DNA of 52,326 bases from NCBI GenBank assembly GCA_964523875.1, contig CAZGAS010000002.1, positions 20,432 to 72,757 of the forward strand, in the 5' to 3' direction. The notes under the pieces were generated by a model. That model searched no databases. It worked only from the letters and a program-made list of their open reading frames with translations, and had not been told where the DNA came from. This document shows positions 1 through 9,789 of the stretch, in pieces. Source of the DNA: an uncultured Planctomycetia bacterium. Its GTDB lineage: Bacteria > Omnitrophota > Gorgyraeia > JABMRG01. The translations under genes were made by a program, and so were the position numbers. How positions within the stretch are numbered: the stretch's first letter is position 1; every line of letters starts with the position of its first letter.

Positions 1-300
1 CGATTGTCTCAGAATATCGTCTCAGTGAGGTTCCTTGCCTATTTCATCTGTTTTTGAAAAGAAACCGATTGTCTTAGAGTATCGCCTCAGTGAGGTTCCT
101 TGCCTATTTCATCTGTTTTTGAAAAGAAACCGATTGTCTTAGAGTATCGCCTTAGTGAGGTTCCTTGCCTATTTCATCTGTTTTTTAAAAGAAACCGATT
201 GTCTCAGAATATCGTCTCAGTGAGGTTCCTTGCCTATTTCATCTGTTTTTGAAAAGAAACCGATTGTCTTAGAGTATCGCCTTAGTGAGGTTCCTTGCCC
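1..300. repeat. Tandem array of a 65-bp unit: 4 full copies plus a 40-bp partial fifth, truncated by the window edge
   Basis: Units start at 1, 66, 131, 196 and 261 (cgattgtct...gaaaagaaac). Units 1 and 4 are identical. The others differ at 4-5 positions, almost all transitions. The 65-nt period is not a multiple of 3 and no ORF spans the array. Confidence 0.95.
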
Positions 301-490
301 GTATTTTTACTTTTAGGCAAGAAAACCCGCACTTTTTACGTCTATATATATGGAGGCTAAGTTAGCATTACTTAATAAATAAGATTATGATCCAGGATTC
401 TTAGTGCACTTTAGGGCAATTGCTTGAAAATTATATCTATAAAAATAGGTAGTTAGCAAAAATCGAGAGAAGAAGGGGATAAGTTTTCAC

Positions 491-519
491 TTTACATTAC
501 AAGTAGTACAAGGTATAAT
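491..519 (+). promoter_or_regulatory. Candidate sigma70-type promoter for recA (TTTACA-17 nt-TATAAT)
   Basis: TTTACA at 491-496, a 17-nt spacer, then a perfect TATAAT at 514-519, about 40 nt upstream of the recA ATG. The SD AAGGAGG lies at 551-557. Confidence 0.55.
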
Positions 520-561
520 TTAAGACTAATATTAACATAATAACTATATAAGGAGGTTACA

Positions 562-1605
562 ATGGTAAAGGCAATTAAGCAAAAAGTGGCACAACCTGTA
601 TCCCCACAAGGTGATAATGAATCCCAACAAGGGCGTGCGAAGGCCCTTGACCTAGCCCTGAGCCAGATTGAAAAGCAGTTTGGCAAAGGGTCTATAATGA
701 AGCTTGATAAGAGCATGAAAAACTCTGTTCCCGCGATATCTACGGGAGCGATATCCCTGGATTTAGCTTTAGGCGTAGGCGGCCTTCCGCGTGGAAGGGT
801 TATTGAGATCTTTGGCCCGGAGTCCAGTGGAAAGACCACACTTACGCTTAGTGTTGTTGCCCAGGCACAGAAAAAAGGCGGTATAGCGGCTTTTATAGAT
901 GCTGAAAATGCCTTTGATTCAACCTACGCGTCAAAATTGGGCGTCAACTTAGATGATCTTTTGATATCACAGCCTGATGATGGTGAGCAAGCCCTTGAAA
1001 TTGTTGAGACGCTTGTACGTTCGAACGCGGTTGATGTTATTGTAATAGACTCAGTTGCCGCGCTTGTTCCTCGCGCGGAGATTGAAGGGGCCATGGGCCA
1101 GCCGCAGATGGGCCTACAGGCCCGTCTTATGAGCCAGGCCTTGCGTAAGCTTTCAGGTGCGATTAATAAGTCAAAGACATGCGTTATCTTCATCAATCAG
1201 ATTCGTATGAAGATCGGTATTATGTTTGGTAATCCTGAAACAACACCGGGTGGAAGAGCGCTCAAGTTTTATTCATCGGTACGTCTTGATATACGCAGAA
1301 AAGACTATCTAAAGTCAGGCGATGTTGTAGTCGGCAGCCATGTCAAGGCAAAGGTAGTTAAAAATAAGGTTGCCCCACCTTTTAGAAGCGCGGAATTTGA
1401 TATTATCTATGCTGAAGGTATATCATGGGAAGGCAGCTTATTAGATGTCGCGCTTACATATGATATATTAAAAAAACAAGGAGCGTGGTTTTCGTATGGC
1501 GATATGAAGATAGGCCAGGGCAGAGAAAGCGCACGTGTCTTCTTAAAAGAGAACCCGAAGATTACCGCAGAGATAGAGAAGAAGGTCAAGGAGCACGCAG
1601 TATAG
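562..1605 (+). CDS. recA: Recombinase RecA
   Basis: 347-aa ORF with Walker [10 protein letters not shown] and RecA-typical blocks ([34 protein letters not shown]). A strong SD precedes it. Confidence 0.98.
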   Translation: MVKAIKQKVAQPVSPQGDNESQQGRAKALDLALSQIEKQFGKGSIMKLDKSMKNSVPAISTGAISLDLALGVGGLPRGRVIEIFGPESSGKTTLTLSVVAQAQKKGGIAAFIDAENAFDSTYASKLGVNLDDLLISQPDDGEQALEIVETLVRSNAVDVIVIDSVAALVPRAEIEGAMGQPQMGLQARLMSQALRKLSGAINKSKTCVIFINQIRMKIGIMFGNPETTPGGRALKFYSSVRLDIRRKDYLKSGDVVVGSHVKAKVVKNKVAPPFRSAEFDIIYAEGISWEGSLLDVALTYDILKKQGAWFSYGDMKIGQGRESARVFLKENPKITAEIEKKVKEHAV

Positions 1606-1672
1606 TTTATTCATGTCATAGGATCACCGCTCGAGTTGCTTATACCATAAACAACCTTCAAGAGGTCTAGTT

Positions 1673-2565
1673 ATGAATATAAAAAAGGCTACACTTGTCT
1701 CCGCATTGGTATTGGGATTAATAATCGGTGTTATGTTAACAGTAAAGCTTAATTTATCACCAATTATAAACGCGGAGAGCAGGACAAGAGCCCTTCTCAA
1801 GGATACGAGCCAATCTGGTGTTGGGACGTAGGCAGCCGCGCTGGATGAAAACGCGTTTATAAAAGTCGCGGAAGGTATAGGCCTCGCGGTTGTATCTATA
1901 AGCACAGAGCATATTACAAAGACGCGAGGTGGGGCATTTAACAGTCCATTCGGTTACGATGATTTTTTTGGCAGGTTTTTCAGGGACTTTTTTTGTGATA
2001 TGCCTGAACGTGAGTTCAGGCAGCGAGGCTTAGGCTCAGGTTTGATAATCGATGAATCTGGTTACATTCTTACAAATGAGCATGTAATCCGTAATGCGGA
2101 TAAGATTACGGTTACCTTAACAGATGGCAGGGAGATAGAAGGAGAGTTGCGCGGCCAGGATGAGAGAAGAGATCTGGCGATAATTAAAATAGAGGCAAAG
2201 AATCTGCCTGTGGCAAATCTTGGTGATTCAGATAAGACGAAGATAGGGCAGTGGGCAATCGCGATAGGAAATCCATTTGGTTACGCGATACAGAGCGAAA
2301 AGCCGACAGTAACAGTAGGTGTTGTTAGCGTGATAGACAGGTCACTTCCGGCGGCTATCAAGGTATTGGATTTGCCATACCTATTAATATCGCGAAAGAT
2401 ATACTCAGCACATTGATTGAAGGCAAGAGAGTGTTGTATGGTTGGCTAGGTGTAAGCGTGCAGGATATGGATGATTATAAGAAGATAGTATCCAGCGTAG
2501 GCTGAGATGTTCTTATAAAGACAGGTAGGGGGTATTCAGTTATCATACCACCAAAAGAAGATTAA
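1673..2565 (+). pseudogene. htrA: Degraded HtrA/DegP-family serine protease gene (in-frame TAG and TGA, one frameshift, catalytic-Ser segment and PDZ region missing)
   Basis: The ATG at 1673 (SD GAGG at 1662-1665) opens a signal-peptide-like N-terminus (MNIKKATLVSALVLGLIIGVML). An in-frame TAG at 1829-1831 follows, and the same frame continues into ORF 2000-2416 (His-box TNEHV, GNPFG, TVGVVS). At about 2350 the homology moves to another frame ([19 protein letters not shown]...GWLGVSVQ). No GNSGGPL serine motif lies between these blocks. An in-frame TGA sits at 2503-2505, and a short HtrA-like C-terminal remnant ends in a TAATG overlap with recX. Confidence 0.8.
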
Positions 2566-3041
2566 TGACAGACGATATTTATGATAAAGCTAAAAATTAT
2601 GCGTACCGTGTATTGGGATATAGAGCTAGGTCCGAGAAAGAACTCAGGAATAAGATATTAGAAAAAGGTTATAGCCGGAAAGCGACCAATAGTGTTATCG
2701 CGGAACTTAAACGCGAAGGCCTAATTAACGATAAAAAATTTGGCCAGCACTGGATAAAAACACGCTTAGAAAATAACGCGAGAAGCTTGTTAGTTATAAA
2801 GCGTGAATTGCTCCTAAAGGGCATTGATAAAGAGATAGTAGAGAGCTTGTTAGATGATTTTAATCAGGACTTTGACGAGGAAAAGGTCGTAAGGAGGCTT
2901 ATTGACTCCAGAATGCGGGTGGTCAGAGGCCTTGATCCCGAGAAGGTTAAACATAGGCTTTACGGCTTTCTTAAAAGAAGGGGATTTTCAAGTCAGATTA
3001 TCCTTAAAATATTGAGTGATGTATTAAATGAGACATGTTGA
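2565..3041 (+). CDS. recX: RecA regulator RecX
   Basis: 158-aa ORF with RecX-like helical repeats (YAYRVLGYRARSEKELRNKL-type N-terminus), in the recA neighbourhood. Confidence 0.85.
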   Translation: MTDDIYDKAKNYAYRVLGYRARSEKELRNKILEKGYSRKATNSVIAELKREGLINDKKFGQHWIKTRLENNARSLLVIKRELLLKGIDKEIVESLLDDFNQDFDEEKVVRRLIDSRMRVVRGLDPEKVKHRLYGFLKRRGFSSQIILKILSDVLNETC

Positions 3042-5643
3042 GATTCGTAATAAATTTTTAGATTTTTTTAAGGCAAAGGGGCATACTTTGATTCCCAGTG
3101 ATTCTCTTGTTCCGGCTGGAGATAGGTCATTACTCTTTACAAGCGCAGGTATGGCGCAATTCAAGAATGAGTTTATGGGCCATGTAAAGGATTTTACCCG
3201 CGCGGTAACCTGTCAGAAGTGCATGCGCACAGGTGACCTCGAGAATGTGGGCAAGACCGCGTATCATCACACATTCTTTGAGATGCTTGGAAACTTCTCT
3301 TTTGGTGATTACTTTAAAAACGAAGCTATTACATGGGCATGGGAGTTTTTAACAGAGGTACTCAAGGTTCCCAAAACAAAGCTTTGGGCATCTGTTTACG
3401 AAGAGGATGGCGAGGCATATGAGATATGGAGGGATAAGATAGGGCTTCCTGAAAACAGGATAGTAAGGCTTGGTCAGAAGGATAACTTCTGGCCTTCTGA
3501 GGCAAAAGATAAAGGCCCTAATGGGCCATGCGGGCCATGTTCTGAAGTTTTTTATGATTATGGCAAAGAGATAGGTTGTGGTAAAGAGGGTTGTTCCCCG
3601 GCATGCAGTTGTGGGAGATTTGTTGAGGTTTGGAACCTAGTCTTTACGCAGTTTGAAAGAAATGATAACGGTATATTGACTTCTCTGCCTAATAAGAATA
3701 TAGATACAGGCATGGGTTTAGAGCGTCTATGCGCTGTTATGCAGGGAGTAAGGAATAATTTTGAGACAGATATATTTTCTGATATCATAAAGACGATAAT
3801 AGAAGAATCAGGAATTGATAAACGTTCATTCGCCGCGGAAAACAGTCCTGCACACGCGAGCGAAAATTATAAGCCTGTTATCTGTACCATAGCTGACCAT
3901 ATTCGCGCAATTACATTTACCATAGCTGATGGGGTCGCTCCGTCAAATGAAGAACGAGGCTATGTTATACGAAGCCTTATTCGAAGGGCAATGATCCGCT
4001 CAAAAAAGATAGGCATTGATAAGCCATTTTTGTATAAACTGGTTTATGTTGTCGCGAAGACCATGCAGGATGTTTATCCTGAAGTTATGAAGGAGTACCA
4101 GGATATAGCAAATGTAATAAAGACTGAAGAAGAGAGGTTCTTAAAGACCCTGGAAAATGGTATCTCTATGGTTGAAGAGATGTTAAAACAATTAAGTGAC
4201 ATGGACCTTCAGGAAATCCCAGGGGAAACAGTCTTTGATCTCTATGATACCCATGGGATACCATTAGAGATTATTAAAGAGACAGCCGCGGCGCAAGGAT
4301 ATGATATTGATGAGGTTGGGTTTAATAAGCTTATGCAAAAACAGCGCGAAACATCAAGAAAATCCAGCAAGATGCAGGGAGAGATATTCACAACAGGCCT
4401 GATAAGGGTAAAGACAGAATTTATTGGTTACGATAAGTTCACCTCATCTGCTAATATTGTTGAGATAATGGATAAAGACGGAAACTCTATCAGGCAAGCG
4501 TGCCCAGCTACAGGTGATGTAGAGATTGTTCTTGATAGGTCTGTCTTCTATGGCGAGTCAGGCGGCCAGACGGGCGATAGGGGTAGGATAAGCAAGAACA
4601 ACACAGAGGTTATTATTCAGAGAGCAGGCAAGGTACAGGATGCCATAGTCTTAATAGGCAAGGTAGAAGAAGGCAGTATAAGGGTTGGGGATAAGGTCAA
4701 GCAGGAGATCGATACAGATTACCGCTTGGCTATAGCAAGGAACCATACAGCTACACATATTTTGCAAAAGGCCTTGAGAAAGGTTTTAGGAGAGCATGTA
4801 AAACAGCAGGGCTCACTTGTTACAGCAGATAAGCTGAGATTTGATTTTACACATGCAAAGGCATTAACAGATGCTGAGATAGAGCGGGTCGAGGAACTTG
4901 TTAATGAGCACATAAATAACAGCCATGACATTAAAGTAGAAGAGATGTCATTAAAAGATGCCAGGTCCTCAGGAGCGTTGGCGTTTTTTGGCGATAAATA
5001 TGACCAGAAGGTAAGGGTAGTGCACACCGGTGCGGATAGCAGAGAGCTTTGTGGCGGTACGCACCTCAAAAATACCAGAGAGATAGAGATTTTCAAGATA
5101 ACGCATGAAGGTTCTGTTTCCTCAGGCATAAGAAGAATAGAGGCATGCACATTTGATAGGGCAAGAGAGTGGGAAGCGGAACATAAGGAGAAAGAGGAAG
5201 AGAAAGAGCGTATTCTTACGCAAAAAAAGGAAGAAAAGCTTCTTGAGAAGAGAAAATTAAGGGAATCAGAGCAGACAGTGGGCAGGATAATTGAAGATGC
5301 CAGGGAAGTAGCCGGTATCAAGCTTATAATAAAATTCATGAAGGATCAGAATATGGGCGCGCTCAAGTATATCTCTGATATAATAAGAAATAAGCTGGCA
5401 CAGGAGTATATGCTATTTTTTGTAGGCTCATATCAAGGCAAAACCGGAGTGCTTCTCTCACTTAGCGCAGGCCTGATTAAAAAAGGCCTTGACGCGTCAA
5501 TGCTTCTATTGGAGATTATTAAGCCTTTCGCGGGTAAAGCAGGCGGCAGGCCGGATATGGCACAGGGCGGTATAAAAGAACTTAAAGGTCCGGAAGAAGT
5601 ATTAAAAACAGCAGAGAAAATTTTAGTTAAGGAGTTGGAATGA
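3028..5643 (+). CDS. alaS: Alanine--tRNA ligase
   Basis: 871 aa. N-terminus FLDFFKAKGHTLIPSDSLVP, editing-domain HTATHIL and CGGTH, and a C-terminal DHHA1-like GGGRPDMAQGG. The start overlaps the recX end by 14 nt. Confidence 0.98.
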   Translation: MRHVEIRNKFLDFFKAKGHTLIPSDSLVPAGDRSLLFTSAGMAQFKNEFMGHVKDFTRAVTCQKCMRTGDLENVGKTAYHHTFFEMLGNFSFGDYFKNEAITWAWEFLTEVLKVPKTKLWASVYEEDGEAYEIWRDKIGLPENRIVRLGQKDNFWPSEAKDKGPNGPCGPCSEVFYDYGKEIGCGKEGCSPACSCGRFVEVWNLVFTQFERNDNGILTSLPNKNIDTGMGLERLCAVMQGVRNNFETDIFSDIIKTIIEESGIDKRSFAAENSPAHASENYKPVICTIADHIRAITFTIADGVAPSNEERGYVIRSLIRRAMIRSKKIGIDKPFLYKLVYVVAKTMQDVYPEVMKEYQDIANVIKTEEERFLKTLENGISMVEEMLKQLSDMDLQEIPGETVFDLYDTHGIPLEIIKETAAAQGYDIDEVGFNKLMQKQRETSRKSSKMQGEIFTTGLIRVKTEFIGYDKFTSSANIVEIMDKDGNSIRQACPATGDVEIVLDRSVFYGESGGQTGDRGRISKNNTEVIIQRAGKVQDAIVLIGKVEEGSIRVGDKVKQEIDTDYRLAIARNHTATHILQKALRKVLGEHVKQQGSLVTADKLRFDFTHAKALTDAEIERVEELVNEHINNSHDIKVEEMSLKDARSSGALAFFGDKYDQKVRVVHTGADSRELCGGTHLKNTREIEIFKITHEGSVSSGIRRIEACTFDRAREWEAEHKEKEEEKERILTQKKEEKLLEKRKLRESEQTVGRIIEDAREVAGIKLIIKFMKDQNMGALKYISDIIRNKLAQEYMLFFVGSYQGKTGVLLSLSAGLIKKGLDASMLLLEIIKPFAGKAGGRPDMAQGGIKELKGPEEVLKTAEKILVKELE

Positions 5644-6860
5644 AGAGCATAAGGCCAAATAGCAAGGAGCTTACAAGATTATACAATCGCGGTATTGACC
5701 TGAAAAAGAGTGTGCATGATAAGGTTTCAAAGATCATCGAGGGCGTAAAATCTCATGGCGATGAAGCCCTGGTCAGATATACAAAACAGTTTGATAGTAT
5801 TAAGATGAAGCCCCGTCAACTCAAGGTAAGCACAGGAGAGGTTAACGGCGCGTACCAGAATATGGATTCAAACCTGGTAAATAGTTTTAAGGTTGCGATT
5901 GAGAACGTAAGCCAGTTTTACAAGAAACAGCTTAAGAAATCCTGGAAAATAAAGGACAAAGAAGGTATTATGCTTGGCGAGAGGATAACACCTTTAGAAT
6001 CTGTGGGGATATATATTCCTGCCGGCACGGCACCTCTTGCCTCGACTGTTTATATGACGGTTCTTCCCGCCAAGATAGCAGGTGTAAAGAGGATCGCGAT
6101 AGTGACACCTCCTAATGAGTACGGAAGCGTCCATCCATATATACTGGTTATGGCAAATTTGCTCGGTATAACAGAGATATATAAAGCCGGTGGCGCGCAA
6201 GCAATAGCGGCGTTAGCGTTTGGCACAAAGAGTATACAGAGAGTCGATAAGATTGTGGGTCCTGGCAACCAATATGTATCCGAAGCAAAGAGACAGGTCT
6301 TTGGCTATGTTGGTATAGATATGGTAGCAGGGCCTAGTGAGGTTGTTATTATAGCTGATGACAGTGTAAATTACGAGTATGTTGCGGCGGATATGGCAGC
6401 CCAATGCGAGCACCTTATGGGGTTATCGATATTGATAACAAAATCTAAAAAACTAGCGAAATTTATACAGCAGCAGCAACTCGATGGTTACCTGGTTCTC
6501 GTAAAGAATCTGAAACAGGCCGCGGAGATCGCTAACAAGATAGCGCCAGAGCATCTCCAGCTTATGGTAAAGGACCCTAAAAAGCTCTCTAAAATGATAC
6601 ATAACGCGGGGTGTATATTGCTAGGCGAATATACTCCGACAGTGCTTAGTGATTATATTGCGGGCCCAAGCCATGTATTGCCAACGGGAGGCAGTGCCAG
6701 ATTCTTTTCAGGTTTAAGCATATGGGATTTCTTAAAAGGTATACACGTGGTCTCGTATTCTAAGAGGGCTCTTGAGTCTGTAAAAGGAGATATTGAGAGG
6801 ATAGCAGCTTTAGAAGGTCTGAATAAGCATATTGATTCTATTAAGAAGAGGTTTGAGTAG
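5640..6860 (+). CDS. hisD: Histidinol dehydrogenase
   Basis: 406 aa with an HisD-typical layout (GIYIPAGTAPLASTVYM, VGPGNQYV, EHL). ATGA overlap with alaS. Confidence 0.95.
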   Translation: MKSIRPNSKELTRLYNRGIDLKKSVHDKVSKIIEGVKSHGDEALVRYTKQFDSIKMKPRQLKVSTGEVNGAYQNMDSNLVNSFKVAIENVSQFYKKQLKKSWKIKDKEGIMLGERITPLESVGIYIPAGTAPLASTVYMTVLPAKIAGVKRIAIVTPPNEYGSVHPYILVMANLLGITEIYKAGGAQAIAALAFGTKSIQRVDKIVGPGNQYVSEAKRQVFGYVGIDMVAGPSEVVIIADDSVNYEYVAADMAAQCEHLMGLSILITKSKKLAKFIQQQQLDGYLVLVKNLKQAAEIANKIAPEHLQLMVKDPKKLSKMIHNAGCILLGEYTPTVLSDYIAGPSHVLPTGGSARFFSGLSIWDFLKGIHVVSYSKRALESVKGDIERIAALEGLNKHIDSIKKRFE

Positions 6861-6906
6861 TTTATGATAGCTGAAGAGTGTGCAGCAATTTCCGCAGATA
6901 AAGATA

Positions 6907-7006
6907 TTGCTTATGCCTTTGCCTTCACAGCGCAGGTATTTTTGCCATATATTTAAATCCATGGCAAAAAAATCCAAAGCGCTGCTTAAGGCAAAGGCAT
7001 AAGCAA
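6907..7006. repeat. 100-nt near-perfect palindrome (long hairpin/cruciform) in the hisD-hisB spacer
   Basis: Outer arms TTGCTTATGCCTTTGCCTT (6907-6925) and AAGGCAAAGGCATAAGCAA (6988-7006) are exact reverse complements. Moving inward there is a CAGCGC/GCGCTG pair, then TTTTTGCCAT/ATGGCAAAAA around a 12-nt AT-rich loop. Confidence 0.9.
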
Positions 7007-7068
7007 TTATGAATAAGAAAATAGCTTTTTCTACAAAGCTATCAAATTTAAAATAGGAGCTTAGTAAG

Positions 7069-7677
7069 ATGGATAATAGAATAGCGCTACTTAAGCGTAA
7101 GACAACTGAAACAGATATAACCGGAAGCCTGAACATTGATGGTACCGGTAAAACGTCTATTAGTACAGGTATTGGCTTATTAGACCATATGCTTGAGTTA
7201 TTTGCTTTTCATGGGTTGTTTGATTTAGAGTTAAAGGCTATTGGAGATTTGCATATTGACATACACCATACTAATGAAGATGTGGGTATTGAATTAGGCA
7301 AGGCGTTTAAAAAAGCGCTTGGTGAAATGAAAGGCATTAAGCGATTCGGTTCCGCTTCTGTGCCCATGGAAGAAGTTGTTGCAAATATTACTCTTGATAT
7401 TAGTGGCAGAGGATTGTATAAACGCAGAAAGAATCAAGCGGTTAGTTTTGCCCCGAGTAATGAAAAAGGTTACTCGCTTAAAGACGTAGATCATTTCTTC
7501 GAGAGCCTTGCTAATCATCTGGGAATGAATTTAGTTATAAGCATTGATCCGACAGTGCAGGATCTTCATACTACGTTAGAACCTGCTTTTAAGGCATTGG
7601 GCATAGCTTTAGATCATGCCACACAGATAGATCCTCGTAAAAAAGGAGTGCCTTCTACCAAAGGGATAATAGATTAA
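7069..7677 (+). CDS. hisB: Imidazoleglycerol-phosphate dehydratase (monofunctional)
   Basis: 202 aa. RKTTETDI N-terminus and the HH/E metal motifs typical of IGPD (DIHHTNED, FESLANHL). Confidence 0.95.
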   Translation: MDNRIALLKRKTTETDITGSLNIDGTGKTSISTGIGLLDHMLELFAFHGLFDLELKAIGDLHIDIHHTNEDVGIELGKAFKKALGEMKGIKRFGSASVPMEEVVANITLDISGRGLYKRRKNQAVSFAPSNEKGYSLKDVDHFFESLANHLGMNLVISIDPTVQDLHTTLEPAFKALGIALDHATQIDPRKKGVPSTKGIID

Positions 7678-8297
7678 TGATTACGATTGTAGATTATGGT
7701 ATGGGCAATCTAGCGTCGGTAAAAAACGCTATTAAGCGCTATACAGATAAAGTAGTAGTGAGCTCAATGCCGAATGATATAAAAAAAGCTGATAAATTGA
7801 TACTGCCGGGGGTAGGCGCTTTTAAAGATGCCTATGATGAGATAGGCAAGCGCGGGTTTCGCGGCCCTATATTAGATTTTATCAAAACAGGCAAGCCTTT
7901 TTTAGGGATATGTTTAGGCCTACAGCTTTTGTTTACAAAAAGCTTTGAAGATGGTGAACATGAGGGGTTTGATATTATTAAAGGAAATGTTGTCTCTTTT
8001 GAAAAGGCTAAGGGTATCAAGATTCCGCATATGGGCTGGAATAACATAATCAGCAATTCGAGAGCCAAGATTTCCGGTTGCCCCCTGCTTAAAGGCGTTA
8101 GTGAGGGCCCATATATGTATTTTGTGCATTCATATTATGTGGTGCCTGAAGATGCATCTGTTATCACAACAACTACAGATTATGGTAATAATTTCTGTTC
8201 TATGCTCTGGAAGGATAATATTTACGCAACACAATTCCATCCGGAAAAGAGCCAGGAGCAGGGCTTGAAGATAATTGAAAACTTTGTAAGGTTATAA
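7677..8297 (+). CDS. hisH: Imidazole glycerol phosphate synthase, glutaminase subunit
   Basis: 206 aa. Class I GATase nucleophile elbow GICLGLQLL and FHPEKS. TAATG overlap with hisB. Confidence 0.95.
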   Translation: MITIVDYGMGNLASVKNAIKRYTDKVVVSSMPNDIKKADKLILPGVGAFKDAYDEIGKRGFRGPILDFIKTGKPFLGICLGLQLLFTKSFEDGEHEGFDIIKGNVVSFEKAKGIKIPHMGWNNIISNSRAKISGCPLLKGVSEGPYMYFVHSYYVVPEDASVITTTTDYGNNFCSMLWKDNIYATQFHPEKSQEQGLKIIENFVRL

Positions 8298-9029
8298 ATG
8301 TTTATTATACCAGCGATTGACATACGCTCTAAGAGGGTTGTCCGGCTCCTGCAAGGAGATTTTAATAAGGAGACCTTCTACTCTGCTAATGTTGTAGAGG
8401 TTGCCAGGAAGTGGGAGGAGATGGGCGCTAGGTTTTTACATATGGTCGACCTTGACGGTGCTTTAGCGGGTGAGCCTAAGAATCTTGATGTTGTTGAGCA
8501 GGTCTCTAAATCAGTTGATATACCTATACAATTGGGCGGAGGCTTAAGGACAGAGAAGAATGTTGAGTCAGCTCTATCGAAGGGTGTTTCAAGGGTGATT
8601 ATAGGTACCAGGGCATATGAGGATGATGAATTTGTTAAGAGGCTTGTTAAGGCCTTTGGTGCTGACAAGGTAGCCATTGGCATAGATGCGGCAGGAGATA
8701 TTATTTTATCCAAGGGCTGGACAGAATCTACAGGCATTGGCGCTTTTTCGCTTGGGAAAAAGATGGAGTCATTGGGCGCTGGAATGATTATATATACAAA
8801 TACGCTTAAGGACGGTACATTAGAGAGTCCGCAGCTAGGGCTTGCTGAAAAGATGCTTGCCGCGGTTTCGATAAAGGTGATTATATCTGGTGGTATAGCC
8901 TCTTTACAGGATATTAGGGATTTAAAGGCACTAGACAGGCCAAATCTTTATGGTGTGATTACCGGCAAGGCATTATATGAACAGAGGCTGGATCTAAGGG
9001 AAGCGATACAAATAGCAGAGGAAGAATAA
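8298..9029 (+). CDS. hisA: ProFAR isomerase
   Basis: 243 aa. [16 protein letters not shown]-terminus, HMVDLDGA, and a GKALYE C-terminus. Confidence 0.95.
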   Translation: MFIIPAIDIRSKRVVRLLQGDFNKETFYSANVVEVARKWEEMGARFLHMVDLDGALAGEPKNLDVVEQVSKSVDIPIQLGGGLRTEKNVESALSKGVSRVIIGTRAYEDDEFVKRLVKAFGADKVAIGIDAAGDIILSKGWTESTGIGAFSLGKKMESLGAGMIIYTNTLKDGTLESPQLGLAEKMLAAVSIKVIISGGIASLQDIRDLKALDRPNLYGVITGKALYEQRLDLREAIQIAEEE

Positions 9030-9033
9030 TAAT

Positions 9034-9789
9034 ATGCTTGCAAAGAGGATTATACCCTGTCTTGATGTGAAAGACGGAAGGGTTGTTAAGGGTGTACAAT
9101 TTTTAGATCTTCGTGATGCCGGGGATCCGGCCCAGATAGCAGAGGTCTATGACAGAGAGGGCGCGGATGAGATAGTATTTCTGGATATAACCGCGAGCCA
9201 TGAAGAACGGCCAATATTTATTGATGTTGTAAAGCGTACAGCAGAAAATATATTTATACCTCTTACAGTTGGTGGCGGTATTGAAACACTCGATACCATA
9301 GAGAGGCTTTTAAGGGCAGGGGCTGATAAGGTTTCGATAAATACTATGGCAGTACAACAACCCGATTTTATAAGGGCTGCCGCAACCCGTTTTGGTACAC
9401 AATGTGTTGTTGTTGCTATTGACGCAAAGAGAGAAGGGCAGGGCTGGGGGGTATATACCCATGGCGGCAGAAGGCCAACTGGCAAAGACGCGCTCCTATG
9501 GGCTAAAGAGGCAGCTGATCTGGGGGCGGGCGAGATCCTGCTGACCAGCATGGATTGTGATGGAACAAAGAACGGTTTTGATATAGAACTTACACGTTCT
9601 ATATCAGAGGCCACAAATATACCCATTATAGCATCAGGCGGAGCTGGTACTTTAGAACATTTACGGCTTGCCCTGGTTGAAGGTAAGGCCGATGCCGCGT
9701 TAGCCGCTAGTATATTCCATTTCAAAGAGCATACAATAAAAGAGGCAAAAGAGTTTTTAAAAGGAAAAGGAGTTGAGATAAGATTATGA
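9034..9789 (+). CDS. hisF: Imidazole glycerol phosphate synthase, cyclase subunit
   Basis: 251 aa. [28 protein letters not shown]-like and [15 protein letters not shown] blocks. Confidence 0.97.
   Translation: MLAKRIIPCLDVKDGRVVKGVQFLDLRDAGDPAQIAEVYDREGADEIVFLDITASHEERPIFIDVVKRTAENIFIPLTVGGGIETLDTIERLLRAGADKVSINTMAVQQPDFIRAAATRFGTQCVVVAIDAKREGQGWGVYTHGGRRPTGKDALLWAKEAADLGAGEILLTSMDCDGTKNGFDIELTRSISEATNIPIIASGGAGTLEHLRLALVEGKADAALAASIFHFKEHTIKEAKEFLKGKGVEIRL

Noticed and set aside
1-300. The 65-nt periodicity suggested a CRISPR array (repeat plus spacer of about 65 nt).
   Set aside because: The whole 65-nt unit is repeated nearly identically. There are no unique spacers and no cas genes in the window. 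It is a plain tandem repeat.
403-512. Candidate SOS operator upstream of recA: the AGTGCACT palindrome at 403-410, and the TACAAG-TAG-TACAAG direct repeat at 498-512 within the promoter spacer.
   Set aside because: Neither matches a LexA motif I can name for any phylum, and neither recurs upstream of uvrB. The evidence is insufficient to call a regulatory site.
1829-1831. The in-frame TAG in the htrA-like gene could be stop-codon recoding (pyrrolysine, readthrough or a reassigned code).
   Set aside because: TAG clearly terminates recA, hisD, plsY and other genes here. The same gene also has a frameshift, an in-frame TGA and large deletions. Decay is the simpler explanation.
6810-7136. A 108-aa minus-strand ORF with hydrophobic stretches spans the hisD-hisB gap.
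   Set aside because: It starts inside hisB and ends inside hisD. It owes its openness to the palindrome (mirror-image sequence) and has no SD, so I treat it as an artefact. A short peptide cannot be fully excluded.
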